Below, piece after piece: positions 41,260 through 52,056 of a DNA stretch of 64,000 bases (the first letter of the stretch is position 1; the number at the start of each line of letters is the position of its first letter). A program made the translations under genes and the position numbers. A model generated the notes under the pieces. It worked only from the letters and a program-made list of their open reading frames with translations, was not told the origin of the DNA and did no database searches. The stretch is from Candidatus Krumholzibacteriota bacterium (GTDB taxonomy: Bacteria; Krumholzibacteriota; Krumholzibacteriia; JAJRXK01), in contig CAVSGG010000012.1 of assembly GCA_963727455.1 (NCBI GenBank), positions 64,001-128,000 on the forward strand, in the 5' to 3' direction.

Positions 41260-42336
41260 ATGCGCGGTCTTCTCGGCATACTGCTTTTGTCCACCCTGCT
41301 TGCGAGCTGTCGCTTCGCGCCCACCGCGGCCGTCGCGCCGCCGCCAGCTCACCCCCTGCCCGGCTCCTTGCGTCCGGAGTATCTTCTTCCCCGCGACACC
41401 CTCAGCCTGGCCATCTCCGTCGTCGATCCCGATCCCACCCTTCTCGGCTTGCGCGTGCGTTGGGGAGAGCAGATCAACACCCTCAACGGGAGCGGGCCCT
41501 TCGAACTCGCGCTGCCGCGCCTCGCGCGTTCCCCGGCCGACCTGCGGATCGAGACCCTGCCGAGCGACGCAGAACTTCACCTCCATCTTCCTGCCTCTCT
41601 GCACGGACCGCCAGCGCTTTGAACTCAGTATCCTGCCGCTTTCGCTTTCGGAAAACAATGTCTACGCGCGCGACCTCGACCTGCTCACCGAGTTCGTGCG
41701 CCCCTTCGACGGCGGAGTCATCCGCCGTTGGCCCTTGGAGACTCTTGAGAATTTCCGAGCCCGCACGCCAGGCCCGATGTCGACTATCTGGGAACTCTGC
41801 GCAACGCGGTCGCGATCTGGAACCGGCTCCTGGGAGTCGAGCGTTTCGTTCTGGTGCCTCAGGGCGCCGAGGCGGAGGTAGAGTGCGAGGTTTCGAAGGA
41901 GAGCAGCCTGGGTTACACGCGCCTCGTCTCGCGCGATGAGGAGCGGCGTCCTCTGCACATGCTCGTGCACCTGAGTCCTCACTTCGCCAGCGGAGCCGAG
42001 CGTTACGTCCAGAGGGTCTGGCTGCACGAGCTGGGACATGTGCAGGGACTCTGGGGACACTCGGAGGATCCCACGCACGTCCTCTACGCGCACTTCATCG
42101 CGGTGGACGAGCCGGCGCCACAGGAACTCAAGATGGCGCGCTGGCTGTGGTCGATTCCCCAGGCCTCGCACCTCGGCTGGTACGTGCAGTCCGATTCCAA
42201 TCAGGCCGAGCGCCGGATCGTGAGCTCGAGAGCTGAGGCCGTGTTCAGTCCACTCTCAAATTCCACGGCAGACGAAACTGTGGAGTGCCGTCCATGGCCG
42301 CCAGACTCGCCTGTTCCGCGATCAGCAGACCGTTGA
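41260..42336 (+). CDS. Lipoprotein with matrixin-like zinc metalloprotease motif (several frameshifts; end uncertain)
   Basis: Lipobox LASC; LHELGHVQGLWGHS. Confidence 0.65.
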
Positions 42337-44097
42337 CCAAGGCATCGAGCGAATCGGAGACGTGGGGCATGCGCACCGCGCTGCTCCACAAGAGGCCACG
42401 CAGGAGACGATCGAAAGTGCTCATCTCGCGACGGTAGCGAACGAGAGCTCACCCTGTCATCCTGCAGGAATTCGCGCCAAGCTCTTGGCGACTTCCACCG
42501 CCTCCTTCAGGCCGCCCAACTCATCCACCAACCCGAGCTTCTCAGCGTCCCTGCCACTCCATACCCTTCCGCGTGCGATGGAGTCCGCTTGCGCGAAACT
42601 CAGGCCACGGCCTTCGGCCACCTTGTCGACGAAGCGCTCGTAGAAGCGCCTGAGTTGCGCGCGGATTTCCACTCGCTGTTCCTCGGAGAAGGGCCTCAGG
42701 TCGGTGAAGAGATCGGCATTGTCTCCGCGCGCGATCACCTCATGGTTGATTCCCACCTTCTGGTACAGCCCGGTCAGATCCGCTTTGCCCACGAAGACTC
42801 CGATGCTTCCGGTGAGGGTGAGCGGTTCGGCCACGATGGCGTCGGCGGACATCGAAATGTAGTAACCGCCGCTGGCCGCGAGATCGCCCATGCAGACCAC
42901 CAGCGGTTTCTTGGCGCGCACACGCTCCAGCTCCCGCCAGATGAGATCGCTGGCCAGGGTCGAACCTCCGGGGGAATCGACGCGCAGCACCACCGCCTTG
43001 ACACTGTCGTCTTCCCGCGCCCGACGCAGACGCTGGATCGAGGGTGTCGCTGCCCAAGAGTCCCGAGCCGGGCTTCGCGTGGCCGGGGACGATGTCGCCC
43101 GTGGCGTAGATCAAGGCCACGCGCCGGCGGCGATCCTGGCGCGGGGCATGGTAGGGCGCGTCCAGATAGTCCAGCGCATCGATGGTGACGAGGTCCTCCG
43201 CGCCGCTGCCCAGCTGCGCATCGAGATCGACCGAATCCACCAGCCGGTCCACCAAGCCCTCCTCCATCGCGCTGCGGGCATCGAAGTAGCCGCGATCGAC
43301 GAGGTCCTCCATGTGACGCTCGGAGAAACCGCGCGCGCGCGCCATGGCCTTGATCCAGGTGTCGAAGACCGCGTCCACGTAGACTTCGACCTGTTGGCGC
43401 GCGGGATCGCTCGGTCCCTGGCGGGTCCAGGTTTCCGGAGCAGACTTGTACGCTCCAATCGCCACGAAATCAGCCTGTACTCCAACTTTGTTGAGAAGTC
43501 CCTTGAAGTAGGTCATCTTGGCCTGAAGGCCCAGGATGAGTAGATTGCCCTCCGGTGCCAGAGCGATCGAATCGGCGGCGGTGGCCAAAAAATACGCGCG
43601 CGTGCTGGCCACGCTCAAATAGGCCCAGACCGGTTTGTGCGCCTCGTGGACGCGCTCGAGCAGGGTCCGAAGCTCCTGGGCCTGTGCCCATCCGCCGGAG
43701 TACAGGTCGGGCTTCAGGATCACTCCCTTGATCCGCGGGTCCTCGCAGGCGCGGTTCAGAGCGCGCACGAAGTCCTCGTGACTGGGCTCCTCGGGGCGCA
43801 GCAGCGAGCGCAGCCCTCCGTCCTCGCGAGCCTGCTTCGGGATACTCCGCGCCAAAGGAGAGCTCGAGCCAGCTGCCGTCCTCCACGCTGGGGCGCCCCC
43901 CCATCAGAAGGAAGCGAACTCCCAGGTAGCCCAGCCCCAGCAGAACGAAGGAGGATCAGGGGACCAATCCACCAGCGGGAACGCCGGCGCGAGGGCCTCC
44001 GCGGCCGGCGCGGCGCCCTTCGCTCGGAGCGGGAGTCGAGGGACGAAGGGCTGAAATTGCTCCTTCCGCCGGGAGGCGGAGGCGGGGCTTGAGTCAT
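42245..44097 (-). CDS. sppA: Signal peptide peptidase SppA, two-domain form (multiple frameshifts)
   Basis: DPRIKGV, YFLATAAD, GAYKSAPE, LRVDSPGGS, AASGGYY, TGSIGV, GRVWSG; corrected end ...LPWNLRVD* at 42245. Confidence 0.9.
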
Positions 44098-44242
44098 GGG
44101 AGTTCTCCTGCGGTAATCGGATCCGCTGAGAAGTATGGAGCAAGAGCCGACGATCCGCAGCCAGCAATCGACGAGCCAGTTGTCTGCTTGTCGACGATGG
44201 TGCAGCCGTGCTTAGTTCTTTGGCAGCCAAGAGGAGGAGAAT

Positions 44243-44668
44243 GTGGCTCATCATCAAACTCGGTTCCGGGTTCCTTTCGCGGATGTCGATCACGCGGGCA
44301 TTGTCTACTATCCGCGCCTCTTTCACTACTTCCATCTCGCCTATGAGAGTTGGTTCCACGACGCCCTTCAACGTCCCTTTTCGGAACTTTTCTCCTCGGA
44401 AGGAATCAGCACGCCCGTAGTCAGGGCTGAAGGAAATTTCTTGGCCCCGCTCCGCCATGGTGACGAAGTGACGGTGGAGACCTGGATTGGCGCGCTCGGG
44501 CAGAAATCGTGGACCTTCAGCTTTCTGCTCAACGCCAGAGGGGGGCTCTGCGCGAAGGGGTCGGTAGTCCATGCCTTCGTTCGCGTCCCCGAAATGAAAT
44601 CCATCGAGATTCCCTCAGGCTGGCGAGAAACCGCCCAGAAGTGGCTCGAGGAAACGAGCGCACCCTGA
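44243..44668 (+). CDS. Acyl-CoA thioesterase (4HBT/YbgC hotdog family)
   Basis: VPFADVDHAGIVYYPR; GAGGAG RBS. Confidence 0.88.
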   Translation: MAHHQTRFRVPFADVDHAGIVYYPRLFHYFHLAYESWFHDALQRPFSELFSSEGISTPVVRAEGNFLAPLRHGDEVTVETWIGALGQKSWTFSFLLNARGGLCAKGSVVHAFVRVPEMKSIEIPSGWRETAQKWLEETSAP

Positions 44669-44792
44669 CCGGACGCCTCCAATTGCGCATGAGCGCCTTG
44701 GTCTCAGCATTCTCTTACGTGGAGAGTGCACGGAGGCTATAGTGGACGTCGTCTTCGATTGTTTCAGGATCCTTTCAGCGGGGGGTCATTTC

Positions 44793-46316
44793 ATGAGGTG
44801 CTGGCGACGCTCGGCCACACTCAATCTGATCCCGGGCGTTCTCTTGCTCACGGCTCTCATGAGCTGCGCCACGAGTTCCCAAACTGTAAGCACGGCGCCG
44901 GCGGTTTCTCCTGCGCCCGTGGAAACCAAGAGCCTCCCTCCACAAGCGCAAGCTACAAACAGCGCCAACTTCGCTGGCATCTGGCAGGGCACCTTAGAGT
45001 TTTCCGGCGCAAAACTCCGGGTGGTCTTCAAGATCATGCGACAAGAGGACGGAACTCTGAGTGCAGTGATGGACAGTCCCGATCAAGGCGCAACCGGGAT
45101 TCCCGTCGAGAGCGTCACTGTCCGAGATCACAGCGTGCGCATCGAGGTGAAGGTTGCTCAGGGTATTTTCGAGGGCGCGATTGCAAAGGACTCTTCCACG
45201 ATCGATGGAAGCTGGAAACAAAGTGGGCTACAGCTTCCCCTCCTGCTCGAACGCATCCAGAAAGAAATTACTATTGAGCGCCCTCAGGATCCAAAGAAAC
45301 CCTATCCCTATCGGGAGGAAGAGGTCAGCTATCGCAACACGAGCGCGGGGGTCACTTTGGCGGGAACCCTGACCTTACCGGCGAGCGGATCTCCCTTTCC
45401 CGCCGTGCTCCTGATCTCAGGCTCGGGTCCGGAGGATCGTAATGAGACCGTATTCGGACATCATCCTTTCTGGGTACTGGCAGATTATCTGACCCGCCGC
45501 GGAATCGCCGTTCTCAGAGTCGATGATCGTGGCGTGGGTGGATCGACGGGAAGTAGTTCGCGATCGACTACCGAGGACTTCGCCGAGGATGTTCTCGCCG
45601 GAGTGAATTTTCTGTTGAACCGTCACGAAATCGATTCCAGGCATATTGGGCTCATCGGCCACAGTGAGGGAGGCATGATCGCGCCGATGGCAGCCGTGCG
45701 CTCCAGTGATGTGGACTTCATCGTCCTCTTGGCCGCCCCGGGCTTGCCAGGTGACGAAATTCTGTACCTCCAAGCAGCAGCCATCGCGCGGGCCGATGGT
45801 GCCAGCGATGAGGCGATCGCGAAGAACAGAGCGAATCAGGAGCGAATTTTTGCGGTGCTGAAATCCGAAGCCGACAGTACGACTGCGGCCGACGAGCTTC
45901 ATACGATTCTAGAGGAATCCGTTGACTCATCGAGGGCGGATGACAAGAAGAGCACGGACGACTCCGAGACCGCGATCAAGATGCAGATCGAGCAAGTACT
46001 AACTCCGTGGTTCCGTTTCTTCTTGCGCTACGACCCGCTGCCGACGTTGGAGAAAGTTACCTGTCCCGTACTCGCCCTCAACGGTGAAAAGGACCTTCAA
46101 GTGCTACCCGAGGAGAACCTGTCCGCCGTCCGCAGCGCCCTGAAGGCCGGCGCAAACCCACACTTCTCAGTGAAGGAGCTTCCTGGCTTGAATCATCTTT
46201 TCCAGACCGCCGGCACCGGCGCCATTACCGAATACGCCACCATCGAAGAGACGATCGCGCCAAGCGCGCTGCGTGAAATCGGTGATTGGATCCAGGAAGA
46301 GGTTCAACGAAACTGA
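44793..46316 (+). CDS. Lipoprotein alpha/beta hydrolase
   Basis: Lipobox LMSC; SGSGPEDR, DDRGVG, nucleophile GHSEGG, GEKDLQV, LNHLFQ. Confidence 0.9.
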   Translation: MRCWRRSATLNLIPGVLLLTALMSCATSSQTVSTAPAVSPAPVETKSLPPQAQATNSANFAGIWQGTLEFSGAKLRVVFKIMRQEDGTLSAVMDSPDQGATGIPVESVTVRDHSVRIEVKVAQGIFEGAIAKDSSTIDGSWKQSGLQLPLLLERIQKEITIERPQDPKKPYPYREEEVSYRNTSAGVTLAGTLTLPASGSPFPAVLLISGSGPEDRNETVFGHHPFWVLADYLTRRGIAVLRVDDRGVGGSTGSSSRSTTEDFAEDVLAGVNFLLNRHEIDSRHIGLIGHSEGGMIAPMAAVRSSDVDFIVLLAAPGLPGDEILYLQAAAIARADGASDEAIAKNRANQERIFAVLKSEADSTTAADELHTILEESVDSSRADDKKSTDDSETAIKMQIEQVLTPWFRFFLRYDPLPTLEKVTCPVLALNGEKDLQVLPEENLSAVRSALKAGANPHFSVKELPGLNHLFQTAGTGAITEYATIEETIAPSALREIGDWIQEEVQRN

Positions 46317-46435
46317 CGAAACTCTCGGCGCGATCGAGGGAGCGCCTCCTGGCTCATGAGCTCGATCTCATCGGTTTCGGCGCGGTGATCACGTGATGAT
46401 GCTTCAGGTCACTCGTCATGCGATGGCAATGGCCT

Positions 46436-47209
46436 TCAGTCAATCTTGAAGGTGACGGGAATGATGACCCAGACTTCGACGGGTCGATGCTGGAGAAGAG
46501 CCGGCCGAAAGATGGCCGTCTTGGCGCACGCGACGGCGGCATCGTTGAGCATGGCTTGGCCCTCCAGAATAACGCAGTCTTTGACTTTGCCGTCCGTTCC
46601 GACGAGGGCGCGAACCTGCACTGTCCCTTCGACGCCGGCCTCGCGCGCAACATCTGGATAGACCGGGGGATCGATACTGATTCTGACGGGCTCCTCCTCC
46701 ACCGCGACGAATTCATCGGGCTTTGGCTCGACTTTGACATCCAAATCGACGACAAAGGGGTCCCCCGCCTCGATGCCTAGGTCTTCCATGGTGATAGGAG
46801 CTAGAAACTCCGACATCTCGGCGGTGGTGGCGATCGTCGTACTTTGTGCCATTTCGTCGGGAACCGGTTCCGGGACGCCGATCGAAGGGGGTTTCACCGC
46901 CTTCGCAACTGCTTCAGCCACATTGACCTGGGGAGCCTTCGGGGTGGAGAGGGAAGGCGGAACGCCCAATTCCGTATAGCGTACGATGTGCACTTCTCGT
47001 TCGACCGGAGCCTTGTTGCTCTCCAAATGGCGGACGACGTACCAGCCTGCGAAGAGGAGGATTCCCAGCAGAATCGCCGAGGCATTTCCCCAACACAGCC
47101 ATCGCCCAAACTCCCGTCTGAGAGGATGAGCCTCGCCCGTCAGAGGAAGGCGAGGTGCTTCATCGAGGGAAAAAGCCCAAGGGATGTGCATCGAGTTCCG
47201 GGAACTCAT
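46436..47209 (-). CDS. tonB: Energy transducer TonB
   Basis: N-terminal TM, Pro-rich linker, YPDVAREAGVEGTV C-terminal domain. Confidence 0.88.
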   Translation of the reverse strand: MSSRNSMHIPWAFSLDEAPRLPLTGEAHPLRREFGRWLCWGNASAILLGILLFAGWYVVRHLESNKAPVEREVHIVRYTELGVPPSLSTPKAPQVNVAEAVAKAVKPPSIGVPEPVPDEMAQSTTIATTAEMSEFLAPITMEDLGIEAGDPFVVDLDVKVEPKPDEFVAVEEEPVRISIDPPVYPDVAREAGVEGTVQVRALVGTDGKVKDCVILEGQAMLNDAAVACAKTAIFRPALLQHRPVEVWVIIPVTFKID

Positions 47210-47706
47210 TTGTCCCCCTCCAAGATCTCCGCATCGTGCTCACTCATGGGAACCAGGCTGAATCGCTCCATGTGGGCATCGTCCAGAGTATCCATCATAT
47301 CTACCATGCTCTCATAACGCGCGGCGCGGTTGATCTTCACCAGGACAATGAGAGCTGGATTGTCCGTTAGGCTCCTTCTGAACAGAGGGTCGAGGTCTTC
47401 CCAGGAAACCGAACTGAGCTCGCTGGCTCCTACCTTGTAGAAGAGAGACTCATCGGCGTTGACATAGAGGGTCATGACGTTCGACTCGGGTACCATGACC
47501 GTGGCTCCGGACTCCGGCAGGTTGACTTCCATGGCCAGAGGCCGGCGAAAAACCGTGGTAACCATGAAGAAGATCAAGAGTAAGAACGCGATATCGACCA
47601 TTGGCGTCATATCGATCCTGATTCCGACCCTCTTCTTCTTGCGGCCCAATCCGGAATCTTCCGGGGAATTCGCTCGTTGGCGATCTGCTACCTGGATCTC
47701 TGCCAT
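47206..47706 (-). CDS. exbD: Biopolymer transport protein ExbD
   Basis: IDMTPMVDIAFLLLIFFMVTT. Confidence 0.92.
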   Translation of the reverse strand: MAEIQVADRQRANSPEDSGLGRKKKRVGIRIDMTPMVDIAFLLLIFFMVTTVFRRPLAMEVNLPESGATVMVPESNVMTLYVNADESLFYKVGASELSSVSWEDLDPLFRRSLTDNPALIVLVKINRAARYESMVDMMDTLDDAHMERFSLVPMSEHDAEILEGDK

Positions 47707-47715
47707 CGAGACTCC

Positions 47716-48153
47716 CTATTTCTCCTGATCGGGCGAATCTTGATCGCGCTTCAGATCGGTCATCAGATTGAAGCGAAGGGTCTTCGACTCGGCCAACGCA
47801 TCCATGAGGTCGGCGATGGGTCCGAAGGCGGCATCGCGATCTCCTTTGAGAATCACGACCGCAGTGGGATTCCGACTGCGCCATGCCATGATGGCACTCT
47901 GGAGATCGTCGGGAGCAACTTCTTGGGTGTCCGCGGCATTCTCACTCGAAATATAGAAACCACCCTCCTGCGTGACGGTCAGGATGATCGTATCGGTTTC
48001 GGGAACCAGGAGCTTGGAAGTCGAAGCGGGCAAGCGAACCGCGATCTGCTCAGGGGGCTTGAATTGCGTGGTGGACATGAAGAAAATCAGAAGCAGGAAC
48101 GCTACGTCCACCATGGGAGTCATGTCGATTCGTACTGGAATGCGTCGCGCCAC
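47716..48153 (-). CDS. exbD: Biopolymer transport protein ExbD
   Basis: IDMTPMVDVAFLLLIFFM; LKGD. Confidence 0.92.
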   Translation of the reverse strand: MARRIPVRIDMTPMVDVAFLLLIFFMSTTQFKPPEQIAVRLPASTSKLLVPETDTIILTVTQEGGFYISSENAADTQEVAPDDLQSAIMAWRSRNPTAVVILKGDRDAAFGPIADLMDALAESKTLRFNLMTDLKRDQDSPDQEK

Positions 48154-48156
48154 GAC

Positions 48157-48873
48157 CTAGGATTCCTCCCTCAGCTCCAGCAACTGGAGGACCTCGTAGG
48201 AAGTTTCCTCCATGGTGTTGTTGAAATCATCCACTCGGGTAGTGAAGTAATTGAAGAGGACCGTCCCGATGATGGCGGTGACCAAACCCAGAGCTGTATT
48301 CACGAGAGCTTCGGAGATTCCCAAGGCAAGCTGCGTGGCATCGGGAGCGCCTGCGTGGGACATGGCCTGGAAGGCACGGATCATCCCGATCGTGGTTCCC
48401 AAGAGACCCAAGAGTGTTGCGATGGACGCTATAGTGGAGAGTGCAGTCAGGTTTCGTTCGAGATGAGGGCTCTCCAACGCGTTTGCCTCGCGAATGGCAC
48501 GCCGAGTCTCGATCAGAGTTTCCTTGGGCTTGTTTCCACTACCAGCTGACCTCTGGTATCGATCCAGCCCCGCGCCTACGACGTTGGCCAGGCTTCCCCC
48601 TTGCTTCTTACAGGCCTCAATGGCGTCCCCGACCTTCCCCGAATGCACGGATTCCTTGAGATTGCGAATGAAATCCTGAACTCCTCCCCTGCCACCGGCT
48701 CGCCACAGAACGATGAACCGCTCCACCGCGAAGGTCAGCACCAGGAATAGGCAGGATAGGCCCAGGATGAGAAGTGGGCCGCCCTGTTTGATGTAGGCGG
48801 GAGTATTGGTCCAAATGTACCAAGACACCACGAGGGAGACGATGAAGATGGGTACGAGTACGTAGTTCTTCAT
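48157..48873 (-). CDS. exbB: MotA/TolQ/ExbB proton channel
   Basis: TLLGLLGTTIGMIRAF, GISEALVNTALG; start at MKNYVL. Confidence 0.92.
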   Translation of the reverse strand: MKNYVLVPIFIVSLVVSWYIWTNTPAYIKQGGPLLILGLSCLFLVLTFAVERFIVLWRAGGRGGVQDFIRNLKESVHSGKVGDAIEACKKQGGSLANVVGAGLDRYQRSAGSGNKPKETLIETRRAIREANALESPHLERNLTALSTIASIATLLGLLGTTIGMIRAFQAMSHAGAPDATQLALGISEALVNTALGLVTAIIGTVLFNYFTTRVDDFNNTMEETSYEVLQLLELREES

Positions 48874-49069
48874 TCCAGGTATCTTGCCTTTCGTTGACGG
48901 CGCCCGCTTTCGAGTCTGGTGCCGGTTCCTGACGATCCCGTGGTGCCGATCGCTCTCCTGAGCTGGAGTCGGCCACCCTTCCCCCTTAGAACCGAGAATG
49001 TAACCGTATTCTTTCTGCGTCAACCCCGTCTCGCCCGGGAACGACAGGATAGTCCTGAAGTGAATGGGC

Positions 49070-50941
49070 TCAGTTCTTCTTGGGGTGCGCTTCGGTCAAC
49101 AGTTCCATTCCCTTGAGCATCGTGGCGTTCCGCGGGTCCAACTTCCGTGCCTTCTCGAAGGCCGCTTCCGCCGCATCCCAGTGCTGGGCACTGAGATGGG
49201 CGTTGCCGAGGCCGGCCCAGCCATCCGCGTTCTTGGGGTCGGCCCGGGTAGCGCTCTCGTAAGTGGCGATGGCACCTTCGATGTCCTTCGCGCGGATCTG
49301 GCAATATCCCAGACCGCGTAGGGCCTTCGGATTCTTCGGTTCATCCTGAAGCACCTGCCTGAACTCCACCTGTGCCGCCCCCAGAGAATCGCTGGCGGCA
49401 AGGGCCTGAGCGAGCAACAAACGCCCGACGGTGATGCTGCCGTTCAAGGCGAGAGCTCTCCGGATGGGTGGAATGGCGGCCTGGAGTTGCTTCGCCTGAA
49501 AGTAGGCGATCCCCAGATTCAGGTGATAGATCGGCTGCTTGGGCTGGCTCTCGATCGCGGCCTCGAATTGGGTGATCGCATCTTGTGGTTTGTGAGTTTT
49601 GAGAGCAAGCACTCCCAACTGGAAGTGGGCATCCGCCCGTTGGGGCTCCGCGGTCAAGACGGATTCCAATGTGTTCCTCGCTTCCGCGAACCGTCCCATC
49701 TGCAGCTGATAGGTGCCCAGAGCAACCAGAACGGTCGCATCTGGCTTCGAAGTTCTGCTCATCTCCGGCCACAGTTTCGCCGCCCGCGCTCTCGTGTCGG
49801 GATCCCGACTCTGGATCCCCGATTTGAAGAAAGCGTATTTGGCCTTCTGGTCCTGAGGATCCAGTTTCAAAGCGGTCTTGGCCGCCTCTGCGGCCTGGTC
49901 GAAACGAGCCGTCAGATAGCAAGCCTCCGAGAGAGTCAAGAGTGCCTCCCGGTCGTCGTGTTCCAGCATCACATACCTGAGATAAGTCTTGGCGGCGTTG
50001 TCGTATTGTTTCGCGGAAAAGAACAACCCGGCCAGGTCTTTCAGGGCAGGAGCGTAAGTAGAATCGACTTGAACGGCCTCGAGGTAGCTGTTTCGCGCAT
50101 CGGCGTACCGTCCCACACTTTGGTAGAGATCACCCAGTGTGTAGAGCATCGGCGCAGTCTTGTGAGCCCCCGGACTCTTAAGAACCCTTTCGAAAGCCGA
50201 AATCGCGAGCGTGGGTGCTTCCCTCTTCTGGTATATCTCACCCACCAATACCCCGTACTCTGGATCAGCGGGATTCAGGTGGAACGCGGCAAGGGCCTCT
50301 TTCTCCGCCGAGTCCAGATCCTTCTTCGCCATCGAGTAGAGGGCCATCCCAAAGTGGTACTTGTCCTCGCCTTCCTGAACACCCTTGAGCGCCGCGCCCT
50401 TTTTCAGCTCTTTCAGCGCCTTGTCCCATTCCTTGCGTTCGAGATGGAGGCGCGCCAGGCAGTACTGCGCGTCCCAGAGATCGGCTTTCGATTTCAGGGC
50501 CGTCTTCAGTTCGTTCTCTGCTTCCGCGTCTCGACCAAAACGCAGAAGCAGCAGGGCAAGGGCCGCCCGCGCCTCGGGGTAGTCCCCGTGTTCATCGATC
50601 TGATGCGCCTCCAAGGCCATCCGCAGCTCAGGCTCGGCATCCTTGTAGCGCCCCTGCCAAACTGCGATCTTCGCCAAGCCGTAGTGAGCCCGATCGGGGT
50701 GATATTCGGCCTTCAACGCGGCTTCGAAGTACTCCTTGGCCTTCTGGAGTTCACCCTGTTGAAGGGCCTTGCCGCCCAAACGCACCGGGTCCTCATCGAG
50801 AGTGTAGTTGCGCTTCTGAGCGGCCACGTTGGTGGGTAGAATCCAACACAGGATTGCCAGGATCAGAATCGCATGGAGGGGGTTCTTCACTTGGAGGAGA
50901 ACCCTTGATACGGGAAAAACATTTCGCGTCGACACCTGCAT
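49070..50941 (-). CDS. Secreted tetratricopeptide repeat protein
   Basis: Signal peptide ending AAQ; many TPR-like helical repeats such as AHYGLA, AHFQLG, YHLNLG, GWAGLG. Confidence 0.88.
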   Translation of the reverse strand: MQVSTRNVFPVSRVLLQVKNPLHAILILAILCWILPTNVAAQKRNYTLDEDPVRLGGKALQQGELQKAKEYFEAALKAEYHPDRAHYGLAKIAVWQGRYKDAEPELRMALEAHQIDEHGDYPEARAALALLLLRFGRDAEAENELKTALKSKADLWDAQYCLARLHLERKEWDKALKELKKGAALKGVQEGEDKYHFGMALYSMAKKDLDSAEKEALAAFHLNPADPEYGVLVGEIYQKREAPTLAISAFERVLKSPGAHKTAPMLYTLGDLYQSVGRYADARNSYLEAVQVDSTYAPALKDLAGLFFSAKQYDNAAKTYLRYVMLEHDDREALLTLSEACYLTARFDQAAEAAKTALKLDPQDQKAKYAFFKSGIQSRDPDTRARAAKLWPEMSRTSKPDATVLVALGTYQLQMGRFAEARNTLESVLTAEPQRADAHFQLGVLALKTHKPQDAITQFEAAIESQPKQPIYHLNLGIAYFQAKQLQAAIPPIRRALALNGSITVGRLLLAQALAASDSLGAAQVEFRQVLQDEPKNPKALRGLGYCQIRAKDIEGAIATYESATRADPKNADGWAGLGNAHLSAQHWDAAEAAFEKARKLDPRNATMLKGMELLTEAHPKKN

Positions 50942-50978
50942 GGCCTTCCTGTCCGTTGGTTCACAATGGCCCTTTCCA

Positions 50979-51914
50979 TCACTTTTCGCCGATAGACTTC
51001 TTGGAAAGATGGACCTCACGCAGTACGCGGCGTTGAGGTAGAAACCCCGCCCTCTCGATAACACGTTGCCCCGAGTCGCTGCTGAGATAGGTGAGAAATT
51101 TCCTCGCCTGAGCATTGCCCCCCCCGCAGATACTGGCGTACAAGTGATGATAGAATGGATATCGTCCCTCCGCGATCTCTTCGCGTAGTGGCCTTCGGTC
51201 CGGCCCCTCTGCGTCGACACGCAGGGCGATGCTCTCGACCCCATCAGGTAGGTCTGCAAGGGGTGTGCTGAGCGTGCTCACTACGCCCACCGCCTCCGAG
51301 TCATTGAGGATTGCCTGGATCACCTGCGCTTCATTGGCGAGGTATACCACTTTCTCCTCAACTTCGGGGACCTTGCGGTCCGCCCAGAGTTGATCCATGA
51401 ACGCAAACCAGAGCCCCGAATTAGGGTCGGGCGCGTAGATGCTCTGGAAGGATCCGGGATCACTTTTAGCGCGAAGAAGTGCTTGGAGTTCCTGCGGTCG
51501 AATGTATGTACGGAGGGATTTGGTGTTCCTCAGCAAGGCGATTCCGCCCAGCGCTATGGTCTGGTAGTAAACACTGTCCCCGGTCGCGGCGCGGAAGATC
51601 TCCTGCTCGCGAGGAAGAGGGGAACGGATGAGGAATGCGACATCGCATTCTCCACGGAGAAGATCTTCCAACGCTTGCGCGGTCCCTCCGTCTCGAAATT
51701 CCAGATTGGTTTGAGGATAATCTCGACGATAGACCATCGTAACTCGCTGAATCAGTTCGGGTGCCAATTCAGTGCCCGACAGTACCAGATCGTTATCTAC
51801 GGGCCCGAAAAGGTGGCTTTTCCAAACATCCAAATGACGAGTTCCCTTCACGAGGAACAGAACAGCGATCACGAGCACATAGATCGCGTAGCGGATGAGT
51901 CGAAATCGTTTCAT
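50979..51914 (-). CDS. PstS-like substrate-binding protein (start uncertain)
   Basis: N-terminal TM; GGTAQALEDL, IALGGIA, GRYPFYHHLY, FLTYLSSDSGQRVIERAGF. Confidence 0.75.
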   Translation of the reverse strand: MKRFRLIRYAIYVLVIAVLFLVKGTRHLDVWKSHLFGPVDNDLVLSGTELAPELIQRVTMVYRRDYPQTNLEFRDGGTAQALEDLLRGECDVAFLIRSPLPREQEIFRAATGDSVYYQTIALGGIALLRNTKSLRTYIRPQELQALLRAKSDPGSFQSIYAPDPNSGLWFAFMDQLWADRKVPEVEEKVVYLANEAQVIQAILNDSEAVGVVSTLSTPLADLPDGVESIALRVDAEGPDRRPLREEIAEGRYPFYHHLYASICGGGNAQARKFLTYLSSDSGQRVIERAGFLPQRRVLREVHLSKKSIGEK

Positions 51915-52056
51915 GAGTCCGGGAGATAGCATAGGGGGGTTGGGTTCTCCCATCAAGCTTGCCTCGCGGGTGCGGCGCGAGAGGTATACACCGCGACAAG
52001 AAACCTCTACCCTTCCCATAGTCACGAATCCGATTCTCGCGGAGAAGGAGCCCGCT

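Noticed and set aside
41026-41260. TPP riboswitch upstream of thiG (a CTGAGA is present on the minus strand)
   Set aside because: The rest of the THI-box consensus is not recognisable, and the promoter candidate leaves only a short leader.
8700-44100. Many frameshifted genes (nuoCD, PPIase, gap paralog, dehydrogenase, SSS, djlA, SCS-beta, M14, thiG/H, sppA) read as pseudogenes or programmed frameshifts
   Set aside because: Those examined are single-base indels, often in short homopolymers and sometimes compensating, with intact motifs on both sides and in essential genes. Long-read error is the simplest explanation; read polishing would confirm.
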